64,000 nucleotides of DNA from Candidatus Woesearchaeota archaeon (GTDB taxonomy: Archaea; Nanobdellota; Nanobdellia; Woesearchaeales; 0-14-0-80-44-23): assembly GCA_038874135.1 (NCBI GenBank), contig JAVZCZ010000001.1, positions 448,001-512,000 of the forward strand, in the 5' to 3' direction. How positions within the stretch are numbered: the stretch's first letter is position 1; each line of letters opens with the position of its first letter. Shown one piece after another: positions 19,824 to 29,811 of the stretch. Under the pieces are notes generated by a model. The model did not search any database. It was not told where the DNA came from and worked only from the letters and a program-made list of their open reading frames with translations. The position numbers were made by a program, and so were the translations under genes.

Positions 19824-20515
19824 GAAATCGTGGTACCTTCAAACTCTTTCCCAAGAATAGCCCTCTTAATATTGGAAGCTCTTGTTCCAACTATGTTAAC
19901 TACAATTTTGTGCTTCTCACAATTTAAACTTGCCACTGGATCAAAAGGCATGTTCATTCCTGGAACCCACTTACTTCCAACCAGCTTTCTAAATTCCTTC
20001 CAGGAGACATATTTCAGCGGCTTAGCATCTTTAAACCTGCTGGGATCCTTATCGTAAACATAATCTATGTTGCTCACATTAATTATCTTCCTAACTCGGA
20101 AGCGCATTGCCCATAGAAAAGCGTCATAATCAGTACTGCATCCTGGCTTGTATCCAGCTGCTATCAGGAGCCTGTGCTCGCCACTTATCCTGCTGTTTGG
20201 GTCTGTAAGGATTTCTTCATAAGCACTTCTTCCGAATATGGTTTTAACAAGCTGAGCATTCAGTTTAGTTGCCATTATTCCAATCAGGTCTTCTTCCTCT
20301 TTGCTTACGCGAGAAACTTTGGCAGCTGAGCTCATATACTTCCTAGCAGTACTTCCTCCCCCGCAGACAATCAGTATTTTTTTTCCAAGTCGGATGCACT
20401 CCAGGATGACTCTGCGAAAATTTTTCAGAAAATCAACATTTATTTCATTAGGAACTATCACAGAGCCGCCTAGAGAGATTATGACTGTTTGCAAGCCAGC
20501 TGTTTTTGCCTTCAT
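19820..20515 (-). CDS. pyrH: UMP kinase, archaeal type
   Basis: ISLGGS, VCGGGSTAR, PGCSTD, VYDKDP, PFDPVA. Confidence 0.93.
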   Translation of the reverse strand: MKAKTAGLQTVIISLGGSVIVPNEINVDFLKNFRRVILECIRLGKKILIVCGGGSTARKYMSSAAKVSRVSKEEEDLIGIMATKLNAQLVKTIFGRSAYEEILTDPNSRISGEHRLLIAAGYKPGCSTDYDAFLWAMRFRVRKIINVSNIDYVYDKDPSRFKDAKPLKYVSWKEFRKLVGSKWVPGMNMPFDPVASLNCEKHKIVVNIVGTRASNIKRAILGKEFEGTTIS

Positions 20516-20536
20516 TTTCTAACCCTCCGCTAACAT

Positions 20537-20878
20537 TTACGAAATACTTATCAGCAGCACTCCTAAAATTATTGACGAGATTGAAGCATATTTCCAAAAA
20601 TTCATTCTCTCACCGAGAACCTTAACAGAGAGCAGTGCAGTCCAGACATAAGAAAGGGAAGTTATAGGATAGAGTACTGAGAGTGGTGCATTTTTAAGAG
20701 CAATGAGAAAGGGAATTGTGGATATTCCGTAAAGCATCACCCCTAACAAGAGCTTCCAATTTTTCAGAAAGTCCCTAAGCCCAAAGGTAATTGAAGAAGA
20801 ACCGAGCTTAAGCATGAGCGCTCCGAAAGAGCCTATAATCGTGCCAAAAACAACTAACAGTATTGGAACTATCAGCAT
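20537..20878 (-). CDS. Small DMT/EamA half-transporter (ArnE/F-like)
   Basis: Four TMs; PLSVLYPITSLSYVW, LGER. Confidence 0.8.
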   Translation of the reverse strand: MLIVPILLVVFGTIIGSFGALMLKLGSSSITFGLRDFLKNWKLLLGVMLYGISTIPFLIALKNAPLSVLYPITSLSYVWTALLSVKVLGERMNFWKYASISSIILGVLLISIS

Positions 20879-21306
20879 TTCCTTCTCACCTTCAGATTTA
20901 AACGCCTGTCTCTCCAGCTTACATTTTTACTGCTTCCAAAGCCCATAAGAACAACCCCTAATATTATAAGAGAAATGCCAACCAATCTCCATCTGCCTAT
21001 TACATCTCCAAACAATTTGGAAGAGAGGATACTCACCCACACGAAACCAGTAGAAATTACAGGATAAACCACGGAGAGCTCCCCATACCTCAATGCAGTA
21101 ATGAGAAGTGCTGCACCAATAAAATAGGAAATAAAACCTAAGATGAGGGGAACATTTCCTAAGATGAGCAGTATGTTTGCAGAAAGATTAGAAGCCGCCA
21201 TCTTGTAAAGAATTTGGCCTGCTGATGTAAAGAATGTGCAGAGTATAACAAAGAGGAGCGCCTTAAGCTGACTTGTTTTTTCGCGTCCTTCAAGCTTTTT
21301 TCTCAA
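20872..21306 (-). CDS. Small DMT/EamA half-transporter, paralog and likely partner of the previous gene
   Basis: GQILYK, GELSVVYPVIS; likely TTG start at 21306 after GGGAGG. Confidence 0.8.
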   Translation of the reverse strand: MRKKLEGREKTSQLKALLFVILCTFFTSAGQILYKMAASNLSANILLILGNVPLILGFISYFIGAALLITALRYGELSVVYPVISTGFVWVSILSSKLFGDVIGRWRLVGISLIILGVVLMGFGSSKNVSWRDRRLNLKVRRKC

Positions 21307-21427
21307 CGCAATCCTCCCGAAAAGAATTTTACACATGACTTTATATAATTTTCCCAATGGCTAAACTCATACTGACAGAAAACTTTTTAATAGTTGCATA
21401 ACAGAGTATTGAAAAAGAGGTGGTGGA

Positions 21428-24124
21428 GTGCAAGACTTCTCCTACGCACAGAAGACTGAAGAGGTGCTCTCTCAGCTCAACACTCGCACTTCGGGACTGA
21501 GCATTGCAGAAGCAAAGGAACGGCTAAAATCTGGAAGAAATGTATTAGAAGAGGAAAAGCGGAGAAGCAGACTTAGCATATTCTTAGAACAATTTAAAGA
21601 TGTAATAATAATAATCCTTGTGATAGCAGTTGTAATCTCATTTCTCCTGGGAGAGTATGTTGATGCTGCTGCAATTCTAATAATACTTCTCCTAAATGCA
21701 ACAGTGGGATTCATACAGGAATACAGAGCTGAGAAGGCAATTGCAGAGCTCAAAAAGATGGCTAGCAAGAAGGCACTCGTGATAAGAGAAGGTAAAAAGA
21801 TGGAGATTGAAGCAGCAGAGCTCGTGCCTGGAGACATAATAATGTTAGAGCCCGGAATGATTGTTCCAGCAGATGCTAGGCTGATTGAAGCAGTAAACCT
21901 GGAAACTCAGGAAGCTTCCCTCACTGGAGAATCAATGCCTGTGCGGAAAACAACAGAGCCTCTGCCGGAATCCACACCTTTAGCAGAGCGAAATAACATG
22001 GTATATGCTTCAACTATCGTTACGAGAGGTAGAGGAATAGCAGCAGTAACTTCCACTGGAATGAAAACTGAAGTTGGCAAAATAGCTAGTCTCATCCAAA
22101 ATCCGGATGAGGACATTACACCCCTTCAAAAGAAACTGAAAAAGCTAGGAGTACAACTTAGCTATATCGTACTGATAATATGCTGCTTCGTGCTCATCGC
22201 GCAGCTTTTGAAAGATTCTGAGCTGATTAGACTGCTTCTAAATCTTGACTTAGCCATATTTACTAAACCGGCATTTGTTCAACTGCTGATAAATTCCGTT
22301 GCATTAGCAGTTGCAGTGCTGCCAGAGGGGCTTCCCGCAATAGTTACAATATCCCTAGCCTTGGGAGTTCAAAGGATGGTTAAGAGGAATGCTCTCATAA
22401 GAAAGCTTCCTGCAGTAGAAACTCTTGGATGCGTGAATGTAATATGCACTGACAAGACAGGCACTCTGACCTGCAATGAGATGACGGTTAAGAAGATTTT
22501 TGTAGATGGGAAAGTTGCTGAGGTTTCAGGAGAGGGATACTCCACAGCTGGGAAGATTTCTGAAAGTAGCAAAGACACTCAGCTTTTATTAAAAATAGGA
22601 GTATTATGTAATGATGCCGACATTGAAAACGGAATAAACGGAGATCCTACTGAAATTGCGCTCCTGGTAAGTGGAGCAAAGCTCGGACTGTCCAAAAGAG
22701 AACTCAGCAGAGAGCTTCCAAGAGTTGGTGAAATTCCGTTTGAATCTGAAAGGAAGTTGATGAGCACAATTCATTTGGATTCAAAGAGGAAGATGCTTCT
22801 ATCCTGCGTTAAGGGATCTCCTGAAGTGCTACTGAGAAGATGCTCAAAGATAATGATTAACGGCAAAGCTGTAAGGCTCACAAAGAAGCATAGGGAACAG
22901 ATTATAAAAACAAATGAAGAGTTCGGCTCCCAAGCGCTTAGAGTTTTAGGATTTGCATTCAGAGAGTTCAAGGGAAATAAGCTCAGCGAGAAAATCAGAA
23001 AAAATGCTGAATCCGAGCTTACCTTTGTTGGGCTGCAGGCAATGATTGACCCGCCCAGGCCTGAAGTCCAATCCGCTATTGAGAAGTGCAAGAGTGCAGG
23101 CATAAGAGTAGTTATGATTACTGGAGATCAGAAGCATACTGCAGAGGCGATAGCTAAGCAGCTGGGAATTGAATCAGAAGGCGTTGTGACTGGGGAGGAG
23201 CTAGATTCAACTGATTCAATTGAATCAATAGTGGATAGGGTTTCTGTTTATGCAAGAGTTAGTCCGGAACACAAGATAAAAATTGTTGAAGCTCTGAAAA
23301 AGAAGAATATGGTTGTAGCAATGACGGGTGACGGCATAAATGATGCTCCTGCACTCAAAAAGGCAGATATTGGGATTGCGATGGGCGTCACCGGAACTGA
23401 TGTGGCTAAGGAAGCTTCAGATATGATTTTAACAGATGACAACTTTACTTCAATAGTTAATGCTGTTGAAGAGGGAAGAATCATATACAGCAACATAAAA
23501 AAGTTTGTAAGGTTCCTTCTTTCAAGCAACATGGGTGAAGTTATGATTATTTTCTTTGCTGTGCTATTTGGACTTCCTCTTCCACTGGTTGCTGTTCAGA
23601 TATTATGGATAAATTTGGCTACGGATGGGCTCCCGGCAATAGCTCTGGGTGTTGAGCCTCCTGAAAGGGACATTATGAAGAAAAGTCCGAGGAAGATTGA
23701 TGAAGAGATAATTAACAGAAAAGATATGATTATAATGCTGCTCATAAGTTTTGTTATGAGCATTGAGACCCTTTTGGTATTTAGAAGTTACCTGCCCGAT
23801 CTGCCTATGGCAAGGACAGCTGCATTCACTATGGTTGTAATGCTGGAAATGTTTAATGTGCTTAATTGTAAAAATCTTGAAACTCCACTTTTTAAAGGGG
23901 GCGCATTCTCAAACAAGTACCTCATATATGCGATACTAAGCTCAGTGGGAATCCACTTGATAATACTTTATACCCCGCTTAGCAAGATTTTTGATGTGGT
24001 GCCACTTTCATTTACCGAATTAGCAAAGATAATCCTGATATCCTCTTCAATATTATTAATTGGCGACCTTATTAAGATAGTTATTTCAAAGTGGCAGGCG
24101 AGAGAAAGCGGCATTAAGAATTAA
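21428..24124 (+). CDS. P-type IIA (Ca2+) ATPase
   Basis: TGES, PEGLP, DKTGTLT, MITGD, GDGINDAPAL, NLATDGLPA. Confidence 0.94.
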   Translation: MQDFSYAQKTEEVLSQLNTRTSGLSIAEAKERLKSGRNVLEEEKRRSRLSIFLEQFKDVIIIILVIAVVISFLLGEYVDAAAILIILLLNATVGFIQEYRAEKAIAELKKMASKKALVIREGKKMEIEAAELVPGDIIMLEPGMIVPADARLIEAVNLETQEASLTGESMPVRKTTEPLPESTPLAERNNMVYASTIVTRGRGIAAVTSTGMKTEVGKIASLIQNPDEDITPLQKKLKKLGVQLSYIVLIICCFVLIAQLLKDSELIRLLLNLDLAIFTKPAFVQLLINSVALAVAVLPEGLPAIVTISLALGVQRMVKRNALIRKLPAVETLGCVNVICTDKTGTLTCNEMTVKKIFVDGKVAEVSGEGYSTAGKISESSKDTQLLLKIGVLCNDADIENGINGDPTEIALLVSGAKLGLSKRELSRELPRVGEIPFESERKLMSTIHLDSKRKMLLSCVKGSPEVLLRRCSKIMINGKAVRLTKKHREQIIKTNEEFGSQALRVLGFAFREFKGNKLSEKIRKNAESELTFVGLQAMIDPPRPEVQSAIEKCKSAGIRVVMITGDQKHTAEAIAKQLGIESEGVVTGEELDSTDSIESIVDRVSVYARVSPEHKIKIVEALKKKNMVVAMTGDGINDAPALKKADIGIAMGVTGTDVAKEASDMILTDDNFTSIVNAVEEGRIIYSNIKKFVRFLLSSNMGEVMIIFFAVLFGLPLPLVAVQILWINLATDGLPAIALGVEPPERDIMKKSPRKIDEEIINRKDMIIMLLISFVMSIETLLVFRSYLPDLPMARTAAFTMVVMLEMFNVLNCKNLETPLFKGGAFSNKYLIYAILSSVGIHLIILYTPLSKIFDVVPLSFTELAKIILISSSILLIGDLIKIVISKWQARESGIKN

Positions 24125-24870
24125 AGCTCTTCATATCTTTTTATTATCTCATCTATTCTCTTGAGAATGAGCACCCTGCCTGAGTTTAATGCCTCTTCAA
24201 TTCCTTCAGTATTGGCATCGTATCTCCATCCGCCGTTCGGGATGTAAATTGACTTTATTCCTGCTTCAAAGGCGGGCTTTATGTCAGATCTGAAATAGTT
24301 GCCAACGCTGTATGCTTTATCCTTATTTGTGATATCATATTTTTTGATTATTGAGAGTAAAAGGGAAGGGCTCTTATCTACTTCACTGACAAATATATCC
24401 TCTTCTGAGAACCAGCGATTGAGTCCGCATATTTCAATCTTACTCATCTGAAAATTTTTCTCCCCTTTTGTAAGAAGTGCCAATTTATCATGCCTGCTTA
24501 CTAGAAATTCAAGCGTCTCATAAGCTCCCTCAATAGTGTCTTGTGGAAGAACATTAAAAGTTGCTTTAGTTACTATCTCAGCAAGGTTGTCCAAATCGCG
24601 CTGTTTATACTGAACGCCTTGCTCCTGGCATATGAGTCCAAAAGCATAGCATATTGATTTGGGAAACCTTTCAATTGAGTAGGGCTTATCTGAATGTTTT
24701 ATGGCATCTTCATCAATTTTGTGTATATATCCTAAAAGTCTATCTAAGTGTATTGCTCTTTTTCCAAGAAAGTTAGTTATAAAACATATTGCTTCTGCAT
24801 ATCCTCTAATATATTTGTAGTCGGTATGTATTAAAGTGTCGTCAAGGTCAAATATGAAAAGCTTATCCAT
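24121..24870 (-). CDS. HAD-superfamily hydrolase
   Basis: FDLDDTL, LLTKG, SVGNYFRSDI. Confidence 0.88.
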   Translation of the reverse strand: MDKLFIFDLDDTLIHTDYKYIRGYAEAICFITNFLGKRAIHLDRLLGYIHKIDEDAIKHSDKPYSIERFPKSICYAFGLICQEQGVQYKQRDLDNLAEIVTKATFNVLPQDTIEGAYETLEFLVSRHDKLALLTKGEKNFQMSKIEICGLNRWFSEEDIFVSEVDKSPSLLLSIIKKYDITNKDKAYSVGNYFRSDIKPAFEAGIKSIYIPNGGWRYDANTEGIEEALNSGRVLILKRIDEIIKRYEEL

Positions 24871-24967
24871 TTTTAATCAGTTAAAAAAATTGATATATAA
24901 ATGTTATCTTTTTTTAATAGTAAAAAATTTAAATATGGTTAAGTTAAAATAAAAATCAGGTGAGCTA

Positions 24968-26593
24968 ATGCAAAACAATGATGAAATTCTAAAAACACTA
25001 GAAGAAAACATAGAAAAATGGATGAGTATTTCTGAAAAGAGAAACCTGTTCGGAAATGAGGTGCTCATAAAGCCTGCTTACATTGGAATAAATCACTTAT
25101 TCGTCCGCACATTTGATGTAGAATATAAGAATGGAGTGCAGTATGAAGAAGTTTGGGATGATACAGATTCATATTTGGGAATAAGGGTTCTATCAGGAGA
25201 TCCAGAAACTGGATTTGGAAGCGGTTTTGACGCAAACATGGTTGGAAAAGAGCTGAATGCTCTTCATATAAAAAATGTTGGAGATAAAATGTTCAGAAAG
25301 CTCTTTTACGAAAGTGTAGGAGCTTATTTTAGAGGGCACGAGCACATGTCTTATAAGAAGCTTCCTGTAATAAACAATGTTAGGTATAATCCCAAGTTAT
25401 GTTACATTGGAAAGATGGAAAGAAATGAGTACATTGAAGAGATAGTTGAAAGTGAATATAACAAGGACAGAATAATCAAATTTGCAAAAAGAATAAGTGA
25501 GTATTTCAGTCAAAAAAAGTTTGTAAACACTGCGACAGTAAATTATGAGATAAAAGAAGAAGTTAAGAGGTTCATTTCTTCAGAAGGCTCAAGGATACAG
25601 ATTACTGGCAGAAGAATGAGATTGAACTTCACTTTAGAAATTAAAGACATTGACGGCAGACCAATTGAGTTCTTCACCGCAATAACTTTCTCAAAGCCGG
25701 GAGAAATGGTTAACTTTAACAGAATAATTAACAAGCTTGAAGAGTTTTATACAAAGGCGGCTGCAAGGTATGACTGCCCAATCCAGGAGGCTGGCTCTTA
25801 TCCTGTACTGCTGGACCCCGCTCAGATGGGCACTCTATTCCATGAGGCAGCTGTAGCTCATCTGTTCTCTGCAGATTACATACTGAACGAAAATCTGAGC
25901 ACATTCAATCTGGAAAAGCTCAACAGGCAGATAATGCCAGAATTCATATCCTTGTATGACAATCCAATCTTAGAAAGCGCTAAGCATTGGAACTATTTCA
26001 AGTATGATGACGAGGGAGTTGCAACTTCTAGAAAGCAGCTAGTAGAAAACGGAGTTCTTAAGAATTATCTCACTGACATAAACACTGCTGAAATACTTAC
26101 CAAGATTTTGGGCAGAGAAGTGAAAGCAGGGAATAGCCGTCTTAGTCTCAAAGAGTTCACTAAACCTGAACCGAGAATAAGCAACTTGGAGATAGAAACT
26201 TCTGATTACAAAAGTTTGAAAGAAATGGAAAAAAGTCTTATAAGAGAGTGCGAAGCAAAAAACTTGGAGTACGGCATATTCGCAGAAGATTTCATAAGGG
26301 GATTTGTAAATGTAGATGAAGACGAAGAGATAACAGGAGTTAATGCTGTATTTCCAACCTTCATGGAAAGAGTATACCCTGATGGAAGAAGGATTCCAAT
26401 CAAGTTCGCTCACATCATAGGATCTCCGCACAATATGCTTCAGTCAATAATAATGCTTGGAGGTCCAAAGAAGCTAATAACTGGCTTCTGCGGAGCAGAA
26501 TCTGGAGTAATTCCTACTTCAGAAGTTTCTCCATACGGGCTTATGAGAAATGTTGAAATCGTGAACGAGAACTCAGATATTGAGAGAGGGTAA
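24968..26593 (+). CDS. TldD/PmbA-family metalloprotease
   Basis: LFHEAAVAH, YDDEG, LVENGVLKNYL, GNSR, PRISNL, GFCGAESG. Confidence 0.88.
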   Translation: MQNNDEILKTLEENIEKWMSISEKRNLFGNEVLIKPAYIGINHLFVRTFDVEYKNGVQYEEVWDDTDSYLGIRVLSGDPETGFGSGFDANMVGKELNALHIKNVGDKMFRKLFYESVGAYFRGHEHMSYKKLPVINNVRYNPKLCYIGKMERNEYIEEIVESEYNKDRIIKFAKRISEYFSQKKFVNTATVNYEIKEEVKRFISSEGSRIQITGRRMRLNFTLEIKDIDGRPIEFFTAITFSKPGEMVNFNRIINKLEEFYTKAAARYDCPIQEAGSYPVLLDPAQMGTLFHEAAVAHLFSADYILNENLSTFNLEKLNRQIMPEFISLYDNPILESAKHWNYFKYDDEGVATSRKQLVENGVLKNYLTDINTAEILTKILGREVKAGNSRLSLKEFTKPEPRISNLEIETSDYKSLKEMEKSLIRECEAKNLEYGIFAEDFIRGFVNVDEDEEITGVNAVFPTFMERVYPDGRRIPIKFAHIIGSPHNMLQSIIMLGGPKKLITGFCGAESGVIPTSEVSPYGLMRNVEIVNENSDIERG

Positions 26594-26652
26594 AAAACAG
26601 GTTTGTCAGGCGGCAAAGCTTTATAAATTTTAGAATAAAACATTCATCTAAA

Positions 26653-28584
26653 ATGCACATCAATAGGAAAGGGCACTGGCTGGTGTTCTTTCTCACAATC
26701 GGCTCTTTAATAATATTCGCATTTCTATACGCTACCTTATACAAGAAGGATACACAGCTGACCAAATACATCGGATTTGAACAGATAAGAATGCTGGACA
26801 CATACGCTCAGGGAGAAAAAGCTCTTTATTTCATAGATGTCGCTTCAAAATATGCAATCTATGATGCAGCCGTAAAATTGGGTGAAAACGGAGGCCTGTG
26901 GGGAAGCAGCTGCGGACTGGCTGACGGATTTCAGGCGTGGAGGGATAGAGCTCAGGAGTGCTATCCAAACTCAAGGGACGCTCTGATCAACTTTCAAAAG
27001 GCTTACAGCGATTCGCTCATCAAATACTTAAATTCGTATCCTGAAGGAAGCCTGCCTGTTGGCAAGTACTACTCCATAATCGCTTGGAATAATGACAAAA
27101 CTACAAGCGTAGTGGGCACTACCAAGGAGAGCATAGCAATAATTCCGCCTGGAAGTATTGAAGCATCAATTGACGCTTCAAAGGGGTTTGCATATCCGAT
27201 ACAGAAAAATGGAGGTATTAAAGCTGATAAGTTCTTTGTAACATCCTGTTTTGGAATTAGGATACTTAATGGCGAGCAGGATTCTCATCCTGGTGTTGAT
27301 TTTGGACATCCTGAAGGCACGCCAATATATGCAGTTGACGAAGGAATTGTAGAAGATGTAAGTTATGACTGCAAAAGCAGGTGCGAGGGCTTAATAGGAG
27401 AGGATAAGTGGGGTCCAAGCTGCTACTGCGGATCGGGATATGGGAACTATGTCAAGATAAAACATTCTAACTTTGAAACGGTGTATGCGCATCTGAAGGA
27501 AATCTTTGTAAAGGAAGGCGACTCTGTAAGCAAGGGGCAGCAGATTGGAACTGAGGGGAGCACTGGAAAATCAACAGGTCCACACCTGCACTTTGAACTC
27601 AGAATTAAAGGAAACGCGGTAAATCCGCTATGCGTATATGACACAAATTCTGGAAACTTTGTTTTTTCCGACGGCGGCGATGGAAGCTGCGAGCGTACAA
27701 TGCAGTGCAGCTATGTTGTAACAGCAAGCTCAACCGGCACAAGTGCTGATGAGTCAACATTTAAAGCCGGAGATCTAAGCTATTATGTCAATCCTTCATT
27801 CAAAGCCTCTGCTGAATACAGCTTTCAAATATATGACATTCTGAGTGAGAAGGCAAAAACTATAGTTAAAGCGTGCTCCAAGAAGAGTTATGATGAGAGG
27901 GCGCAGTGCGTAATGAGTAAGTCAAAAGAGCTTTCTGATAGCGAAGTTGAGCTTAGTGTTTGCAGTCAGAAAAAATTCAAATTTGGTGAAGAAGCAATAA
28001 TAACCCTGTTAAGAAGTATTGAAGAAGAATGCCTGGACGGGGACGGCTGTTACTGTTACACGGACTTATTGAACATACCTGCAATAGAGGTGCCTGATGG
28101 GACTTATGATTTTGAAGTAAGTAATGGCTTTCTAAAAGCGAAGGTGTGTACCAGCAGCAATTGCATTTCATCAACTAGGCTTGTGTTCCTCTCAGATAAT
28201 TATGATGATGCTTCTTATAACTTAGGATTCCCAACGACAATTTCTACGAATTACGAAATTGGAATAACTTACAGGAGTGGAAAAATAGTTAGTGCACAAC
28301 TCAGATTTGAGGACTCTTCCGGAAATATGCATGTTTGGGACCTTTCAAACCTTATAATTTTCAAGAAGAGAGGAATTGCGGGAGAACTCTTCTCAATGAT
28401 AGTTAACAAAGACGCATTTGAAAATCCAGACAACCACTTTAAAGAGTATATGAGCTGCGGTTTTTCTCCGGATGCATTTACCTTCTGCGCTATTGACAAG
28501 ACAAACAAGATTCCAGTTTATGTGCCAAACAAAAATAAGCTGTCATTAGAGAACCCAACAATAAAATTCGCACTTTACATATAA
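26653..28584 (+). CDS. Membrane-anchored M23 (LytM/lysostaphin-type) metallopeptidase with pilin-like leader
   Basis: RKG followed by a hydrophobic stretch at the N-terminus; HPGVDF (HxxxD), GYGNYV, YAHL, GSTGKSTGPHLHFE (HxH), VNP. Confidence 0.88.
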   Translation: MHINRKGHWLVFFLTIGSLIIFAFLYATLYKKDTQLTKYIGFEQIRMLDTYAQGEKALYFIDVASKYAIYDAAVKLGENGGLWGSSCGLADGFQAWRDRAQECYPNSRDALINFQKAYSDSLIKYLNSYPEGSLPVGKYYSIIAWNNDKTTSVVGTTKESIAIIPPGSIEASIDASKGFAYPIQKNGGIKADKFFVTSCFGIRILNGEQDSHPGVDFGHPEGTPIYAVDEGIVEDVSYDCKSRCEGLIGEDKWGPSCYCGSGYGNYVKIKHSNFETVYAHLKEIFVKEGDSVSKGQQIGTEGSTGKSTGPHLHFELRIKGNAVNPLCVYDTNSGNFVFSDGGDGSCERTMQCSYVVTASSTGTSADESTFKAGDLSYYVNPSFKASAEYSFQIYDILSEKAKTIVKACSKKSYDERAQCVMSKSKELSDSEVELSVCSQKKFKFGEEAIITLLRSIEEECLDGDGCYCYTDLLNIPAIEVPDGTYDFEVSNGFLKAKVCTSSNCISSTRLVFLSDNYDDASYNLGFPTTISTNYEIGITYRSGKIVSAQLRFEDSSGNMHVWDLSNLIIFKKRGIAGELFSMIVNKDAFENPDNHFKEYMSCGFSPDAFTFCAIDKTNKIPVYVPNKNKLSLENPTIKFALYI

Positions 28585-28629
28585 GAAGTTTAAGATAAAT
28601 TTAAGAATTAGAAGTAAATCTCTAAAACT

Positions 28630-29790
28630 ATGTTTGGAGTTGTTGCAAAAGACCCTAAAAGCAGGGCAAGAGCAGGAGTCCTTAAAACAAAGAGCGGGAA
28701 TGCGCTCACTCCATTCTTCATGCCTGTAGCAACCAAGGCAGCTCCCAGATATTTATCCTCTCAAGACTTAAAGGAGATCAAGGTTCAAGCAATAATCTCA
28801 AATGCTCTGATGCTATACCTGCACCCGGGAACAGAGGTAGTTAAAAAAGCAGGAGGCATCCACGGCTTTATGAACTTTCAGCAGCCAATATTTACTGACT
28901 GCGGTGGATTTCAAATACTCAGAAAGGGAATATTTCTTAAAATTGAGAAGAACGGCATACTGTTTAGGTCTCCATTTGACGGGAAAAAGATCCTGCTAAC
29001 TCCCGAGCTGAGCATTAATATTCAGCAGGAGCTAAACTCTGATGCTGCAATGTGTCTAGACTACTGCGCTCCCTACGGGGCTGAGAGGGACGAAGCAGAA
29101 GAGGCTCTTAAAAAGACGCACGAATGGGCCCTCCGCTCTAAAAAGGTGCATCTGCTAAAAGAACAGCTCCTTTTTGGAATAGCACAAGGTAGCTTTTACA
29201 GAGAGCTCAGAATTGAAAGCATGAAATTCATAAGAGACCTGAATTTTGACGGCGTATCTCTTGGAGGGCTCTTCATAGGTGAGCCTAAGAAAAAGAGCTA
29301 TGAGATGATAAAAGCTTCTATAAGGTATGCTCCCGAAGATAAGCCCCGCTATATAATGGGGCTGGGAAGTCCAGAGGACATTGTTAAGTGCGTTTCTTTG
29401 GGAGTGGACATCTTTGACAGCGTTTATCCTGTGGAGAATGCTAGGCACGGAACGCTCTTTACTTGGAATGGCAAGATCAGCATTGATAAAAAGGAGTATA
29501 AACAAGATTTTTCACCTATTGAAGAGGGCTGCGGATGCTACACTTGTAGGCATTACACTAAGGCGTACCTGCACCATCTAATTAAGACGGATGAGCAGCT
29601 CGGATTCAGACTAAGGATATATCATAACATGTACTTCATGCAGAGGCTCATGGACAAGATAAGAGAATCAATAGCTGCTGGAACATTCTCAAAACTTGAG
29701 AAGCAGATAACATCTGCATATTCTAAAGGCTGTGACCCTGAAGAATTAACTCAGGGAAGGGCTTCTAACAGGATAAGAGTTCTAAAGTGA
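28630..29790 (+). CDS. tgt: Bacterial-type tRNA-guanine(34) transglycosylase
   Basis: TPFFMPVAT, TDCGGFQ, GIAQG, GGLFIGE, PRYIMGLG, GVDIFDSV, CGCYTC...H. Confidence 0.92.
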   Translation: MFGVVAKDPKSRARAGVLKTKSGNALTPFFMPVATKAAPRYLSSQDLKEIKVQAIISNALMLYLHPGTEVVKKAGGIHGFMNFQQPIFTDCGGFQILRKGIFLKIEKNGILFRSPFDGKKILLTPELSINIQQELNSDAAMCLDYCAPYGAERDEAEEALKKTHEWALRSKKVHLLKEQLLFGIAQGSFYRELRIESMKFIRDLNFDGVSLGGLFIGEPKKKSYEMIKASIRYAPEDKPRYIMGLGSPEDIVKCVSLGVDIFDSVYPVENARHGTLFTWNGKISIDKKEYKQDFSPIEEGCGCYTCRHYTKAYLHHLIKTDEQLGFRLRIYHNMYFMQRLMDKIRESIAAGTFSKLEKQITSAYSKGCDPEELTQGRASNRIRVLK

Positions 29791-29811
29791 ATAGTTAAAT
29801 AAGAAAAGTGC

